DNA of 64,000 nt. Origin: an uncultured Chloroflexia bacterium. Its GTDB lineage: Bacteria > Chloroflexota > Limnocylindria > QHBO01. The notes under the pieces were generated by a model that made no database searches, was not told the DNA's origin, and was given only the letters and a program-made list of their open reading frames with translations. Location of the stretch: the NCBI GenBank assembly GCA_963810925.1, contig CAWEPF010000008.1, forward strand, positions 249,994 through 313,993, given 5' to 3'. Shown here one piece after another: positions 30,021 to 39,540 of this stretch; the stretch's first letter is position 1, and each line of letters starts with the position of its first letter. The position numbers and the translations under genes were made by a program.

Positions 30021-32378
30021 TCAGTCGCCTCCGGTCAGTCGGCGCAGTCGCGCATGGCGCTCCTCGCGCTCCCCAACATAGCGGCTGATCGCGTCCACGA
30101 TGTGCTGCGGCCCGAGATGTGCCTCGTCGATGACCTCGTCGACCGTGCCACCGGTTCGCCATCGGTGATCCCAGTCCGATGAGAGCGAGTACGTCTCGCC
30201 AATCGGTCCGGTCACGAAGTCGGTCATGAGCTTGTACGCGCGGTTGGTGACCGCCATGCCGTCCAAGCGATCCGCCTCGGAGCAGATCAGGTCGCGGTAT
30301 GCCTGGTCCTGGCGCCGGAACAGCTGGGGGCTGATGCAGGCCACGATCCGCACGTTCAGGCCCATCTCGTCCAACCGGGGCAGGATCGAGACCACGTTCG
30401 CCGTGGTCGCCGTGCCCTGGACGTAGACCGTGCCACCCGACGGGCGGTCTGGGTCCACGTCGCGGATGAGGTATGCCCCGCGCGCGGCCTCGAAGTGCGA
30501 CGCCATCCCCAGCGCCGCGCGGTCCGGGATCTCGACCGCGGGCCGAGTCAGGTGGAGGGCCACGATGGGCACCGGCAGGGCCAGCGCCGCAGCCAGGACC
30601 ACGGGCACCTCGTTGTGCTCCCACGGGTGGAGGTCGATCACGTGGCCTTCCGGGAAGAGCTGGGTGACGCCGGTCTCGTAGATCCCAAAGTGGGTTCGCG
30701 AGTCCTCGGCCGTCTCGGGCCCACTGTGGGCGGCCACCCAGATGACCTTGCCCACCTGCAGCTGGCAGTCCTGGGCGAGCTGCGAGAACAGGCGCATCGG
30801 TCCGTACTTGAGGTACGAGAACGAGCCGTAGGTCGAGCACGCGCCCCAGAAGCCGTTGAACGCGGTCATGGGGTCGTCCGCCAGATTGACCGATGCCAGC
30901 CCGACCGTGACCCCGGCGTTCGTGAACTCGGTGATCTGCTGGGGCAGCAGCGCGCCGCGCGGGTTCGAGTCGCGCTGGTACCAACCCCAGCCGGGCAGGT
31001 CCTCCCAGTCCTTTGCGAAGCCGGCGATGTTCGTCGACTCGGCCAGGTCGGCCGAGCACACGATGAACAGCGGCCTCCCGTAGTCCGCCCGGGCGGTGGC
31101 ATTGACCCACGACCCCCACGACGCAAACGCCGCGCGGTTGGCGACCTTCTCGCCGGGCGCCTTCCACATGGCCGCCGGATACGACGCCACGTCCGTGAAG
31201 CGGGGATCGCTGAAGATCTCGGCCCCGCGGCCACCGAGGTTGAACCCGGCGGGCCGATCCGGGACGAGGCCCGCCACCTCCACCAGTCGATCGCTGATGG
31301 CGTCCACGACCTCGGTGTTGGCCCGCAGCACGTTGATGGCCACTTCCAGGTTGTGTCGGGCCTGCTCGGTGCGCTCCGCGGCGTCGGCCGGCGCCGGCTG
31401 GTCCACCCCGGCGTAGGTCACGCCGTGCCTGGCCATGAACTCGTGACGCACGGCCCAGAACTCGGGCGCGTTCATGGGCCACGGCGTGCCGTGGGACTTG
31501 TTGTCGTACTTCCCGTACCCGCGACCCTTGCGGGTCCGGAACCACGCCATGGACGGCACCGATTCGGGGTTGTCGCCGCGGGCCGCCTCGAGCACGGCCG
31601 CGGTGACCGGGCCCCACTCCGAGCCCTCCATGGTGCCGTTCACCCGCCAGTCGTAGGCCTCGAACCAGCTCTGCGGAGTGCCGGGCACGACCGAGGAAAT
31701 GGCCGGGTCGTCGATCCCGTAGTCGTTCCAGTCGACGAGGAACACGAGGTTCGACAGGCCCAGGCCCCAGGCCGAGTTGCGCGTCTCGTGACTGGCACCG
31801 GGCGTCAGCCCGCCCTCGCCCTCCACCACGAAGACCTTCACGTCCTCGCAGCCCGCCAGCTTGAGGGCCACCGCTTCCCCGGCGGAGGGCGGCATCCCGT
31901 GCCCGGATGGGCCGGTGTTCCACTTCAGGAACAGGGTCTTGCCTTCCATCTCGGCGTGGCCCGCCAGGCCACCGCGGCGACGGAGGAGGAGCAGGTCCTG
32001 CCAGCCAAGGGCCCAGCGCCCATCGTCGGGGAGCTGGAACGCCGGGTCCGGGTCCCGCTCGGAGCGGGCGCGGAGCGTCTCGTTCAGGACGGCCAGGGTG
32101 GCGTACACGAGCGGCACCGTGTGGCCGGCCGAGAGGACGAATCGGTCCGCGAACGGGCGCCACGGGCGTCGGATGTCCCAGTGCATGGCCCCCGACAGCA
32201 TCAGGGACAGAAGCAGGTGGACCTTGGACCGCGAGCCGCCGGGATGGCCGCTCTGGCGATAGTTCAGGGCCAGGTCGATGACCTCGTCCACGACCTCGCG
32301 GACGAGGTCCCAGTGCGCGAACTGGGACTCCGCGTCGGCCAGCAGGCGGTCGGTGGAGGCGGGCTGGACGGCAGTCAT
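30021..32378 (-). CDS. transketolase-family ThDP enzyme (785 aa, long form)
   Basis: SGHPGGS and RFVLSAGH N-terminal ThDP-binding motifs, and a GEGGLTPGASHE-like central motif. Substrate unknown. Confidence 0.7.
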   Translation of the reverse strand: MTAVQPASTDRLLADAESQFAHWDLVREVVDEVIDLALNYRQSGHPGGSRSKVHLLLSLMLSGAMHWDIRRPWRPFADRFVLSAGHTVPLVYATLAVLNETLRARSERDPDPAFQLPDDGRWALGWQDLLLLRRRGGLAGHAEMEGKTLFLKWNTGPSGHGMPPSAGEAVALKLAGCEDVKVFVVEGEGGLTPGASHETRNSAWGLGLSNLVFLVDWNDYGIDDPAISSVVPGTPQSWFEAYDWRVNGTMEGSEWGPVTAAVLEAARGDNPESVPSMAWFRTRKGRGYGKYDNKSHGTPWPMNAPEFWAVRHEFMARHGVTYAGVDQPAPADAAERTEQARHNLEVAINVLRANTEVVDAISDRLVEVAGLVPDRPAGFNLGGRGAEIFSDPRFTDVASYPAAMWKAPGEKVANRAAFASWGSWVNATARADYGRPLFIVCSADLAESTNIAGFAKDWEDLPGWGWYQRDSNPRGALLPQQITEFTNAGVTVGLASVNLADDPMTAFNGFWGACSTYGSFSYLKYGPMRLFSQLAQDCQLQVGKVIWVAAHSGPETAEDSRTHFGIYETGVTQLFPEGHVIDLHPWEHNEVPVVLAAALALPVPIVALHLTRPAVEIPDRAALGMASHFEAARGAYLIRDVDPDRPSGGTVYVQGTATTANVVSILPRLDEMGLNVRIVACISPQLFRRQDQAYRDLICSEADRLDGMAVTNRAYKLMTDFVTGPIGETYSLSSDWDHRWRTGGTVDEVIDEAHLGPQHIVDAISRYVGEREERHARLRRLTGGD

Positions 32379-33577
32379 CCGGCGGCGGCCGTCACCAGCT
32401 CACCGGAGCGCTCCAGCCGGCCCAGCGACTCCCCGATCCGCTCCACCGCGGCCGTGATGTTCTCGCGGGAGTTCGCATAGCTGAAGCGCAGGTACCCCTC
32501 GCCAAAGCGCCCGAAGGCGGTGCCCGCCAGCCCGCACACCCCCCCGTCATACAGCAGGTGCGTGGCGATCTCGGTGCTCGACCGCCCAAAGGAGCTCACG
32601 TTGGGGAACACGTAGAACGCCCCATGGGGCATGACGCAGGTCACGCCGGGAATCGCGTTCAAGCCGTCCACGATGAGCTCGCGACGGGCGATGAACTCGG
32701 TCCGGAACGCGGCGGGCTCGTCCTGCGGCCCGGTGAGGGCGGCAACGGCCCCGGCCTGCGCGAACGCGTTCGTGCAGCTCACCGAGTTGATGACCAGGCG
32801 GCTGTAGGTCGGCTGCAGCCAGGTGGGGACGATGCCGTAGCCGAGTCGCCAGCCGGTCATGGCGAAGGTCTTCGAGAACCCGTCGAGCGTGATCGTGCGC
32901 TCGGCCATGCCGGGCAGGGTGGCGATGGACAGCGGCTCCCCCTCGTACTGGAGGCGGCCGTAGATCTCGTCGGCCAGCACGACCAGGTCGTGCTCGACCG
33001 CGATGTCCGCAATGGCGCGGATGTCGTCGGCGGTCAGGATCGAGCCGGTGGGGTTGTGCGGGCTGTTGATGACCAGCATCCGGGTGCGCGGGGTGACGAG
33101 GCGGGCGACCTCATCGGTATCCATCCGGAAGTCGTTCTCTTCGCGGAGCGGAGCAGCCACGGCGACCCCACCGACGTACTCGGCCATGCTCTCGTAGATC
33201 GGGAAGCCGGGGTTGGGGTAGATGACCTCGTCGCCCTCGTTGATCAGGGCCAGCATCGCGAAGAACATGATCGGCTTGGCACCCGGGGTGACGATCACCT
33301 GGGACGGCTCGGCCGTGATCCCCTTCCAGCGCAGCACGTCGGCGGCGATCGCCTCGCGCAGGGGCGCAATGCCCTCGGCCGCGGTGTAGTGGGTCATCCC
33401 CTGGTCCAGCAGCCCGCGCGCCGCCGCGTCCTTGATGTGCTGCGGCGTGTCGAAGTCCGGCTCGCCGATCTCGAGGTGGATGACGCTGCGGCCGGTAGCC
33501 TCCAGGGCGCGGGCCCGGGCCGCCGCCTCGAAGGCGGTCTCGGTCCCGATCCGCTCCATGCGGCTGGCGAGCTTCAT
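32375..33577 (-). CDS. class I/II PLP-dependent aminotransferase
   Basis: NSPHNPTG and FSKTFAMTGWRLGY (PLP lysine) motifs. ATGA overlap with the transketolase-like gene. Confidence 0.85.
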   Translation of the reverse strand: MKLASRMERIGTETAFEAAARARALEATGRSVIHLEIGEPDFDTPQHIKDAAARGLLDQGMTHYTAAEGIAPLREAIAADVLRWKGITAEPSQVIVTPGAKPIMFFAMLALINEGDEVIYPNPGFPIYESMAEYVGGVAVAAPLREENDFRMDTDEVARLVTPRTRMLVINSPHNPTGSILTADDIRAIADIAVEHDLVVLADEIYGRLQYEGEPLSIATLPGMAERTITLDGFSKTFAMTGWRLGYGIVPTWLQPTYSRLVINSVSCTNAFAQAGAVAALTGPQDEPAAFRTEFIARRELIVDGLNAIPGVTCVMPHGAFYVFPNVSSFGRSSTEIATHLLYDGGVCGLAGTAFGRFGEGYLRFSYANSRENITAAVERIGESLGRLERSGELVTAAAG

Positions 33578-33707
33578 GGTCAGTGCCTCGGTGCGTCAGG
33601 TGGGAGATGAGTGTACCGATGGAGCCCGTGATTGGCGTCCGCCCCTTGTCCGCCGACCCGGTGCTCCCTATTGTCCGCGCAGTGGGGTGGCAGGACGGAG
33701 GGAGTGA

Positions 33708-34262
33708 ATGGTGCAGCTCATCAACACCGACGGGCTGGCCCTCATCGGGCCGGGATCGGAGTGGTTCTGGATTGCGCTCCAGTTCATCGCGCTGGCCATT
33801 ACCTTCCTGGCCATCTACCGCCAGCTGGGGACGCAGCAGCTCTCGATCCGCGAGAACACCAAACTGCTGCGCAGCCAGGCGCATTTCAACGCGTTGTCGC
33901 TCTCACAGCGGGCCCGGGAGGTCCTGATCCAGAACGAGGGTTTCACCAGCGTGATGAACGTCGGCTGGGAGACGCCCGAGGCGTTGAGCCGGGACGACTG
34001 GACCAGGTGCAGTGTCTACATGTTCATGCAGTTCAACGCGTGGGAGTACCTGTACTACCAGCATCGCGACGATGCGATCCCTTCTGAGTATTGGGCCGGC
34101 GCAGAGGATTACTACGGGAACCTGGTGGCAACGAAGCGGGGATACGTCCGCTTCTGGTCAGAGAACGAGAGGTCGTTCGACGAGCCATTTCGCTCGTACG
34201 TCGTCCGCGAGTTCGCCAGTCGGGCACCTGCGGATGCACCGACCGCGCCGACTCCTGGCTGA
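33708..34262 (+). CDS. hypothetical protein with N-terminal TM anchor
   Basis: 184 aa. Aromatic-rich, non-biased composition. One TM segment (WFWIALQFIALAITFLAIY). Confidence 0.55.
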   Translation: MVQLINTDGLALIGPGSEWFWIALQFIALAITFLAIYRQLGTQQLSIRENTKLLRSQAHFNALSLSQRAREVLIQNEGFTSVMNVGWETPEALSRDDWTRCSVYMFMQFNAWEYLYYQHRDDAIPSEYWAGAEDYYGNLVATKRGYVRFWSENERSFDEPFRSYVVREFASRAPADAPTAPTPG

Positions 34263-34308
34263 CCCGGTCGAACCTCCGGCCAGTCGCGCCGGCCCCCCAA
34301 TCGGGCCA

Positions 34309-34339
34309 TTGCCGCGGGGCTGGTCGCGCTTGCTATACT
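34309..34339 (+). promoter_or_regulatory. possible sigma-A-type promoter upstream of the iscA-like gene
   Basis: TTGCCG, a 19-nt spacer, then TATACT. The spacer is longer than optimal. Confidence 0.25.
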
Positions 34340-34382
34340 TTCCGAAGCGAATTCCATCCCGCGCTTGGAGTACCCATCACCC

Positions 34383-34774
34383 ATGACGCTTTCCGAGACG
34401 ACCACTGCCGTCGAACCGCTCGTCAACCTGACCGATGCGGCTGCCGCCAAGGTCATGGAGCTCCGCGCCCGCGAGGGCAAGGCGGAGGCCGCCCTGCGAC
34501 TCTTCGTGAAGAGCGGAGGATGCTCCGGGTTCAGCTACGGTCTGGCCTTCGACGACAACCGGCCGATGACGACCGGGTCGAGCTCCACGGCGAGGTGCCG
34601 ATCATCATCGATGCCTACAGCGCCCAGTACGTGGACGGGGCCGAGATCGACTACGTCGACTCGCTCATGGGCTCGGGCTTCGCGATCAACAACCCCAACG
34701 CCGTGAGCAGCTGCGCCTGCGGTTCATCGTTCAACACCGATGGATCGCCCGCCAAGGCCGGGGGCTGCCACTAG
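34383..34774 (+). pseudogene. HesB/IscA/ErpA-family iron-sulfur cluster insertion protein, one frame break
   Basis: [22 protein letters not shown] is in frame 0 and [56 protein letters not shown] is in frame 2. The frame break lies at about 34557-34566. Confidence 0.75.
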
Positions 34775-34799
34775 GAACCCCAATCTCGCTTACTCCCTG

Positions 34800-34827
34800 A
34801 CGACCCCGGTCCCGCCACCGGGGTCGT
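34800..34827. terminator. bidirectional hairpin between convergent iscA-like and aldolase genes
   Basis: ACGACCCCGG-tcccgcca-CCGGGGTCGT followed by TTC. Confidence 0.55.
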
Positions 34828-34830
34828 TTC

Positions 34831-36231
34831 CTATCCGGGGAGCGGCCAGATCTCCGGCGGCATCGGTCGATCCACGGGCACGGGCTGGACGAACCGATCC
34901 ACCAGGTCGCGCGTCCCGTCCACGCCGAGCCGATCGAAGAGTACGGCCAGTCGACGGGCGAGGTTCGAGCCGATCTGGGCCTCCGCATCCGGACCGATGG
35001 CCCACAGGGCTTCCTTGAACGGGCCGAGCGCCTTCTTGCGGGTCTTGTACAGGAACTGCTCGTCGGTCTCGCCCGGTTTGCGCTCGTCCGCGCAGTTCGC
35101 GACACACCAGGCCATCATCTCGGCGCGCAGGTCGGGCGGCAGTCCACCGTCGTCGTACAGGATGTTCTGGAACCCGGTGGCCAGGTGGATCTCCGCGCAA
35201 CCGCTGCTCGGGAAGTGGCCGAACGCCTCCTCGGGGAGGGTGCTGGCGCCGTGCTGGACGCAGCCGGCCAGCCCAAATTCCTCGCGGGCGACGGTGGACA
35301 GGCGGGTAAGCGTCGCAAAGTCGAGCGCGACCGGGGCGATGGAGCCGTCGGGCAAGGCGACGCCCCCGTGCGAGGTGCCGGTCTGGACGCTGATCTTGGA
35401 CAGGCCGGGAGTTCCGCCGTCCCGGGCGGCGGCGTATTCGGCCAGGTAGGCGCGCAGCTCGTGCTCGGTGGAGTTGGCCTTCCCCACCTCCCCGATCTCG
35501 CCGCCCACCGACACGGTGACGCCTGGTGGCTCCAGGGCGCGGACGGCATCGGTCAGAGCGGCGCTGTTCATGGCGTTGACCCGCTGCTCCTCCTCGATGG
35601 TCGGCTGCTCCAGGTCGACCAGCGTGCTGCTGTCGATGTCGACGTTCAGGAAGCCGGCAGCCAGGGCTTCCTCGACCAGGTTGTGCAGCGCGCGCATCTC
35701 GGCCTGCGGATCCGCGGCCCAGTTGGCGGCGCCGAACTGGAAGTGGTCGCCCTGGAGGAACACCGGGCCCCGCCACCCCTCGCGGAGCGCGGCGGCCAGG
35801 ATCACGGCGGCGTACTCGTCGGGGCGTTGGTCCGTATAGGCCATCTCGCTCTTGGCGATCTCGACCACGACCGCCCCGACCCGGCGGTCGCGGGCGACCG
35901 CGAAGACGGTGCGCGCGGTGAGGTACGAGGCGGCCCGGATGTTGATGGCAGGGACCGTGAATGCGGTGGGGTCGAACTCGCCGCGGCCGCGTGCGGCGTA
36001 GAGCGGGGCAATGGACGCCGAGGGGCAGTCCAGGGCCTGGCTGGCGGACCAGATCGCCCAACGGGCTGCGGCGCGCGCACCGGGGTCCGCGTGGAAGACG
36101 GCGTCGCGGACGAGGGCGTCGGTCAGGGGGCCACGGAACGCGTCCGGGTCATGAATCGCCAGGCGGTCCGCGTTGACGGTGGCGACGGAGCCGAGGACCG
36201 CCCCCAGGTCATAGCGTGCGCCCGCGCTCAT
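34831..36231 (-). CDS. class II (metal-dependent) ketose-bisphosphate aldolase family protein
   Basis: FLQGDH, GGEIGEVG, QTGTSHGG and VQHGAS motifs of class II FBA/tagatose-bisphosphate aldolases. 466 aa. Confidence 0.8.
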   Translation of the reverse strand: MSAGARYDLGAVLGSVATVNADRLAIHDPDAFRGPLTDALVRDAVFHADPGARAAARWAIWSASQALDCPSASIAPLYAARGRGEFDPTAFTVPAINIRAASYLTARTVFAVARDRRVGAVVVEIAKSEMAYTDQRPDEYAAVILAAALREGWRGPVFLQGDHFQFGAANWAADPQAEMRALHNLVEEALAAGFLNVDIDSSTLVDLEQPTIEEEQRVNAMNSAALTDAVRALEPPGVTVSVGGEIGEVGKANSTEHELRAYLAEYAAARDGGTPGLSKISVQTGTSHGGVALPDGSIAPVALDFATLTRLSTVAREEFGLAGCVQHGASTLPEEAFGHFPSSGCAEIHLATGFQNILYDDGGLPPDLRAEMMAWCVANCADERKPGETDEQFLYKTRKKALGPFKEALWAIGPDAEAQIGSNLARRLAVLFDRLGVDGTRDLVDRFVQPVPVDRPMPPEIWPLPG

Positions 36232-36241
36232 GGCGCCGATC

Positions 36242-36586
36242 CTAGCCCAGCCACCCCAGTCCGGCGAGGATGGTGAAGGCCAGCAGCGGCGCGATCACGA
36301 GGCCCACGAGCGCGGCCACGACGTACCAGTCGCGGCCTCCGTGCGGGTCTGCGTTCGGTCGGGCGGCCAGCCGGGAGGCCCACCACACCACGGCGGTCAG
36401 CAGGGCGACGTACAGGATCGCGGCCAGCGGGATGAGCGCCAGGACGAGGTCGTGCACGGTGCCGCAGTCGAAGGCGAGGAACGCGTTCGGTTGGCAGGGG
36501 GCGCCACGGGCGGCGACCGTGACCAGCCCGGCCGTGACCAGGACGACGGCCGACCAGCCGAGGTGGACGAGGCGAAGGCGATCCAG
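36242..36586 (-). CDS. small membrane protein (3 TM), start unresolved
   Basis: The hydrophobic ORF tail starts at LVHLGWSAVVLVTAGLV. The only in-frame candidates after the upstream stop are CTG at 36586 and GTG at 36457. Confidence 0.35.
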   Translation of the reverse strand: MDRLRLVHLGWSAVVLVTAGLVTVAARGAPCQPNAFLAFDCGTVHDLVLALIPLAAILYVALLTAVVWWASRLAARPNADPHGGRDWYVVAALVGLVIAPLLAFTILAGLGWLG

Positions 36587-36602
36587 CGGAGGTGGGCCGG
36601 CG

Positions 36603-37181
36603 TCAGCCGGCTGCCTGGACCGATGCCTCGGCGGCGGCCTGCGCCTGCCGCCGGGCGATGCGCCGGAACTCGTAATAGAGGTAGGCCAGACCCACCGCGC
36701 CCATGCCGGCGACCATCGCGCCCAGGAGCAGGGCGATGAGCGGGAAGCTGGGCGGGATGAAATGCCCGCCGGCCACGTTGAACACGAAGTACGGGATGAG
36801 CACGAGGACGACGAGGACGTAGTTGGCCAGCACGAACAGGCGGAGCAGCAGCCAGCCGGGTCCCTGGCGCCCGCGCGAGGCCTGGACCGCAATCCCCAGG
36901 ATCACGACCAGCACGACATTGGTCCACGCCACGCCGTTCGCGATGATGAAGCCCACCTCGGCCGAGAGCTGGAGGAAGGGGATGTACTGGGTCACGCCGT
37001 AGTACACCGAGTTCGGGACGTACGTGAACAGCCAGTAGATGAATAGGAACATGGGCACGGCCTTCATGGCCGCGATCAGCCAGGTCTCCGAGCCGAAGAT
37101 CAGCCAGGTCGCGAAGTCGTCGCCTTCACCGATGAGCCGGGCAAACAGGCCGCGACGCCGCGGCAGCGCGTAGCTGGTCAT
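36603..37181 (-). CDS. unknown polytopic membrane protein (192 aa) coupled to the cytochrome c gene
   Basis: 5 TM-like segments. ATGA overlap with the corrected stop of the diheme cytochrome c gene. Confidence 0.6.
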   Translation of the reverse strand: MTSYALPRRRGLFARLIGEGDDFATWLIFGSETWLIAAMKAVPMFLFIYWLFTYVPNSVYYGVTQYIPFLQLSAEVGFIIANGVAWTNVVLVVILGIAVQASRGRQGPGWLLLRLFVLANYVLVVLVLIPYFVFNVAGGHFIPPSFPLIALLLGAMVAGMGAVGLAYLYYEFRRIARRQAQAAAEASVQAAG

Positions 37182-38265
37182 TCGGTGTGGCTCAGCAGGA
37201 ACGTGATGAGGGCCTGGAGCTGGGAATCGGTCAGGGCGTCCTCGGGGTGCGGCGGCATCCCGGTCGAGTTGCCATCGTTGTAGTTACCGGCCGAGTCGCG
37301 GATCCACTTCTCGAGGAACATCCGCGGGTCGGTGTCGTAGTCCTGCTGCATCTGGTCGAGGTGCGGCTGGCGGCGAGGGCAGGTCGGCGGTGGCGACGAG
37401 CGAGGTGCCGATCGTCTGGAGGTTCGGACCGATGCCGCCCTGGAGGTTGGTCACCGTGGCACCCGGAACAGCCCGCGTTGACGTACACCTCGGCGCCGGC
37501 CTCGACCGTGTTCGGCACGTCCTCGGGCGGCGGGTTGTCGAGCGTCTCCTGGGCCCAGGTCCCGATCATCATGGTCAGCGCCTCGATCTGCTGGCGGGTC
37601 AGCGAGCCGCCGAACGCCTGGCCCCAGGCCGGCATCTTGCTGTTGATGTTGCCGCTGCGGACCACGCCGCCCAGGGTGATGACCCACGAGACGTAGTTGT
37701 TCGTGCCCTGCGCTCCGCCGGTCTGGAGCCACTTGTTCGCCAGGGCCAGCGAGTGGAGGTCCGGCGCCCGCGTTCCATCGGGGTCGCCCGGGATGACTCC
37801 GCCCTTGCCATCCACGCCATGGCACCGCGCGCAGCCGGCGCCATAGGGAACCAGCTGCGGCCCGTGGGCGGAGACGACCAGTGATCCGTCGACGCCCGTC
37901 GCGGTGATCGTCGTGTCGCCTTCGCGTTCGAGTTTGACCGAGGCGCTCCCCTTGTCGGGGATCGTCACCTCGAAGGGGGTCGCCCCGGTGCCCGTGGCCG
38001 TGAGCTCGTCACCGGTCTGGTTGGCCAGGTTGATGGACATGTTGAGGAAAGCCGGCAGGTCGGCCCGCTCGAAGCCGGCTGGGGTCACGTTGACCGTCAC
38101 GGTGTAGGTGTCGTCGAACAGGAAGACCTGCTGCCCGAAGGCGAGCTGGTCGTCGTTCGTCTCGGTCTCGAATACCCCGCGGCGGGGCGCGTCGGTGATC
38201 CAGTAGAACGTGGTGAACGCGGCGAAGGCGACCATCAGCGCCACGCCGAGCGCCTTCATTCGCAT
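37178..38265 (-). pseudogene. membrane-anchored diheme cytochrome c, two frame breaks in the C-terminal domain
   Basis: N-terminal TM segment with CARCH and CSGCH heme motifs. After CSGCHG the track ORF turns R-rich. The other two frames read TNLQGGIGPNLQTIGTSLVATADL and then PHLDQMQQDYDTDPRMFLEKWIRDSAGNYNDGNSTGMPPHPEDALTDSQLQALITFLLSHTE, with a stop at 37178. Frame breaks are at about 37450-37455 and 37365-37385. Confidence 0.75.
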
Positions 38266-38275
38266 TGGCGAGCTC

Positions 38276-38896
38276 CTAGCCGACGCAATGCGGGATGTCC
38301 TCGGTCTTGCGGCTGTCGAACGTATCGGTCCCGATGGGCGGGCCGCTGACCTTGACCGAGGTGTTCACGACGTACACCCCGTCCTCGATGGAGTGATCGA
38401 AGCGGTCCATCCCCCGCGGCGCGGGGCCGGCGCGCTTCTCGCCCAGCACGGTGTACTTCGAGCCGTGGCACAGGCATTCGAACCAGTTGCTCTTTTCGCA
38501 CAGCTGGGGGATGTTGCAGCCCAGGTGCGGGCACTTGCGGTACATGGCCAGGATGTCGTCCCCCGGGTCGTCGAACTCGTCGCCGGTTCCGTCAACGCGC
38601 GCCTTGGCCGCGGGCACGTTCACGATGAACAATCGCGCCTTGTTGTAGATGAACGGCAGCCCGCGCACCCATTCCGGCTGCTGGGACGTGATGTCCGCGG
38701 CGGAGCCGATCACGAGGTGCGGGTCACCCAGGCCACCCTTGAGGTTGGGCCACAGGAAGAGGACGGTGCCGCCCACGAACTGGAGGGTCAGCAGGCCGAC
38801 GCCGACCCCAACCGCGCGGCGCAGGAACCCGCGACGGCTGATCTCGCGTACCGGCGGGCCGGGCTGCTCGCCCCACTCGGGCGGCTGGCTGCTCAT
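38276..38896 (-). CDS. Rieske [2Fe-2S] subunit with Tat signal
   Basis: SRRGFLR twin-arginine motif. CPHLGC and CLCHGS cluster-binding boxes. Confidence 0.85.
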   Translation of the reverse strand: MSSQPPEWGEQPGPPVREISRRGFLRRAVGVGVGLLTLQFVGGTVLFLWPNLKGGLGDPHLVIGSAADITSQQPEWVRGLPFIYNKARLFIVNVPAAKARVDGTGDEFDDPGDDILAMYRKCPHLGCNIPQLCEKSNWFECLCHGSKYTVLGEKRAGPAPRGMDRFDHSIEDGVYVVNTSVKVSGPPIGTDTFDSRKTEDIPHCVG

Positions 38897-38906
38897 GCGG
38901 GCGCCG

Positions 38907-39527
38907 TCATAACGTGAAGAAGATGCCGTCCCACGGCCAGACCCAGTTCCAGCCGGGGCCGCGGAAGAACGCGCCGATCAGGGTGACGCCGATGCCAAAG
39001 AACATGAGGGTCAGGAAGAAGATCCACACCATCTTCCGGTCGCGGGCGGCACGGAACGGGGACTTGTCCACGTACGCGATGAGCGCCAGACCGATGAAGT
39101 AGATCGGTGGAATGAAGATGCCGGCGATGGTGGGGTTGAAGTAGGCCAGGATCTCCTGGAGGCCGAGGAAGTACCACGGCGCCTTGGCGACGTGCGGAGT
39201 GACGTTCACGGTGGCCTGCTCCTCGAGGGGGGCCATGACCAGGAACGACATCACCAGCAGCATGCCCGTGATCAGGCAGGCCATGAGGAACTCCGCGCGG
39301 AGCAGGTGCGGCCAGGTCAGGACCGTCTCGTCCGGTCGCTTGTCGACCCGGACCATCGATTCCTGCCGGACGTAGGCCAGCAGCCGGAAACGCTCGGTCC
39401 CCGGCGCGCCGGGAGGACCCGGCAGCTTGGGCCCGGCGCCCGGAACGGCAGGGGGCGCCGTCGGTGCCGGCGCCTGGGTGGGCGCGTTCTTGTCGGCGGT
39501 GGCGTTCGGCCGCTTCTCGATGGTCAT
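38907..39527 (-). CDS. cytochrome b6f subunit IV-like / cytochrome b C-terminal domain protein
   Basis: APWYFLGLQEIL (PEWY-type Qo motif) and 3 TM segments. Ala/Pro-rich N-terminal extension. Confidence 0.8.
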   Translation of the reverse strand: MTIEKRPNATADKNAPTQAPAPTAPPAVPGAGPKLPGPPGAPGTERFRLLAYVRQESMVRVDKRPDETVLTWPHLLRAEFLMACLITGMLLVMSFLVMAPLEEQATVNVTPHVAKAPWYFLGLQEILAYFNPTIAGIFIPPIYFIGLALIAYVDKSPFRAARDRKMVWIFFLTLMFFGIGVTLIGAFFRGPGWNWVWPWDGIFFTL

Positions 39528-39540
39528 CGGTCAGCCAGCC

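Noticed and set aside
29617-32480. Very long ORFs 29617-32163 (-, 848 aa) and 30495-32480 (+, 661 aa) overlapping the transketolase-like gene
   Set aside because: Their translations are monotonous R/G/P/A-rich with no motifs. They are off-frame or antisense shadows typical of high-GC DNA. The 30021-32378 frame carries clear ThDP-enzyme motifs.
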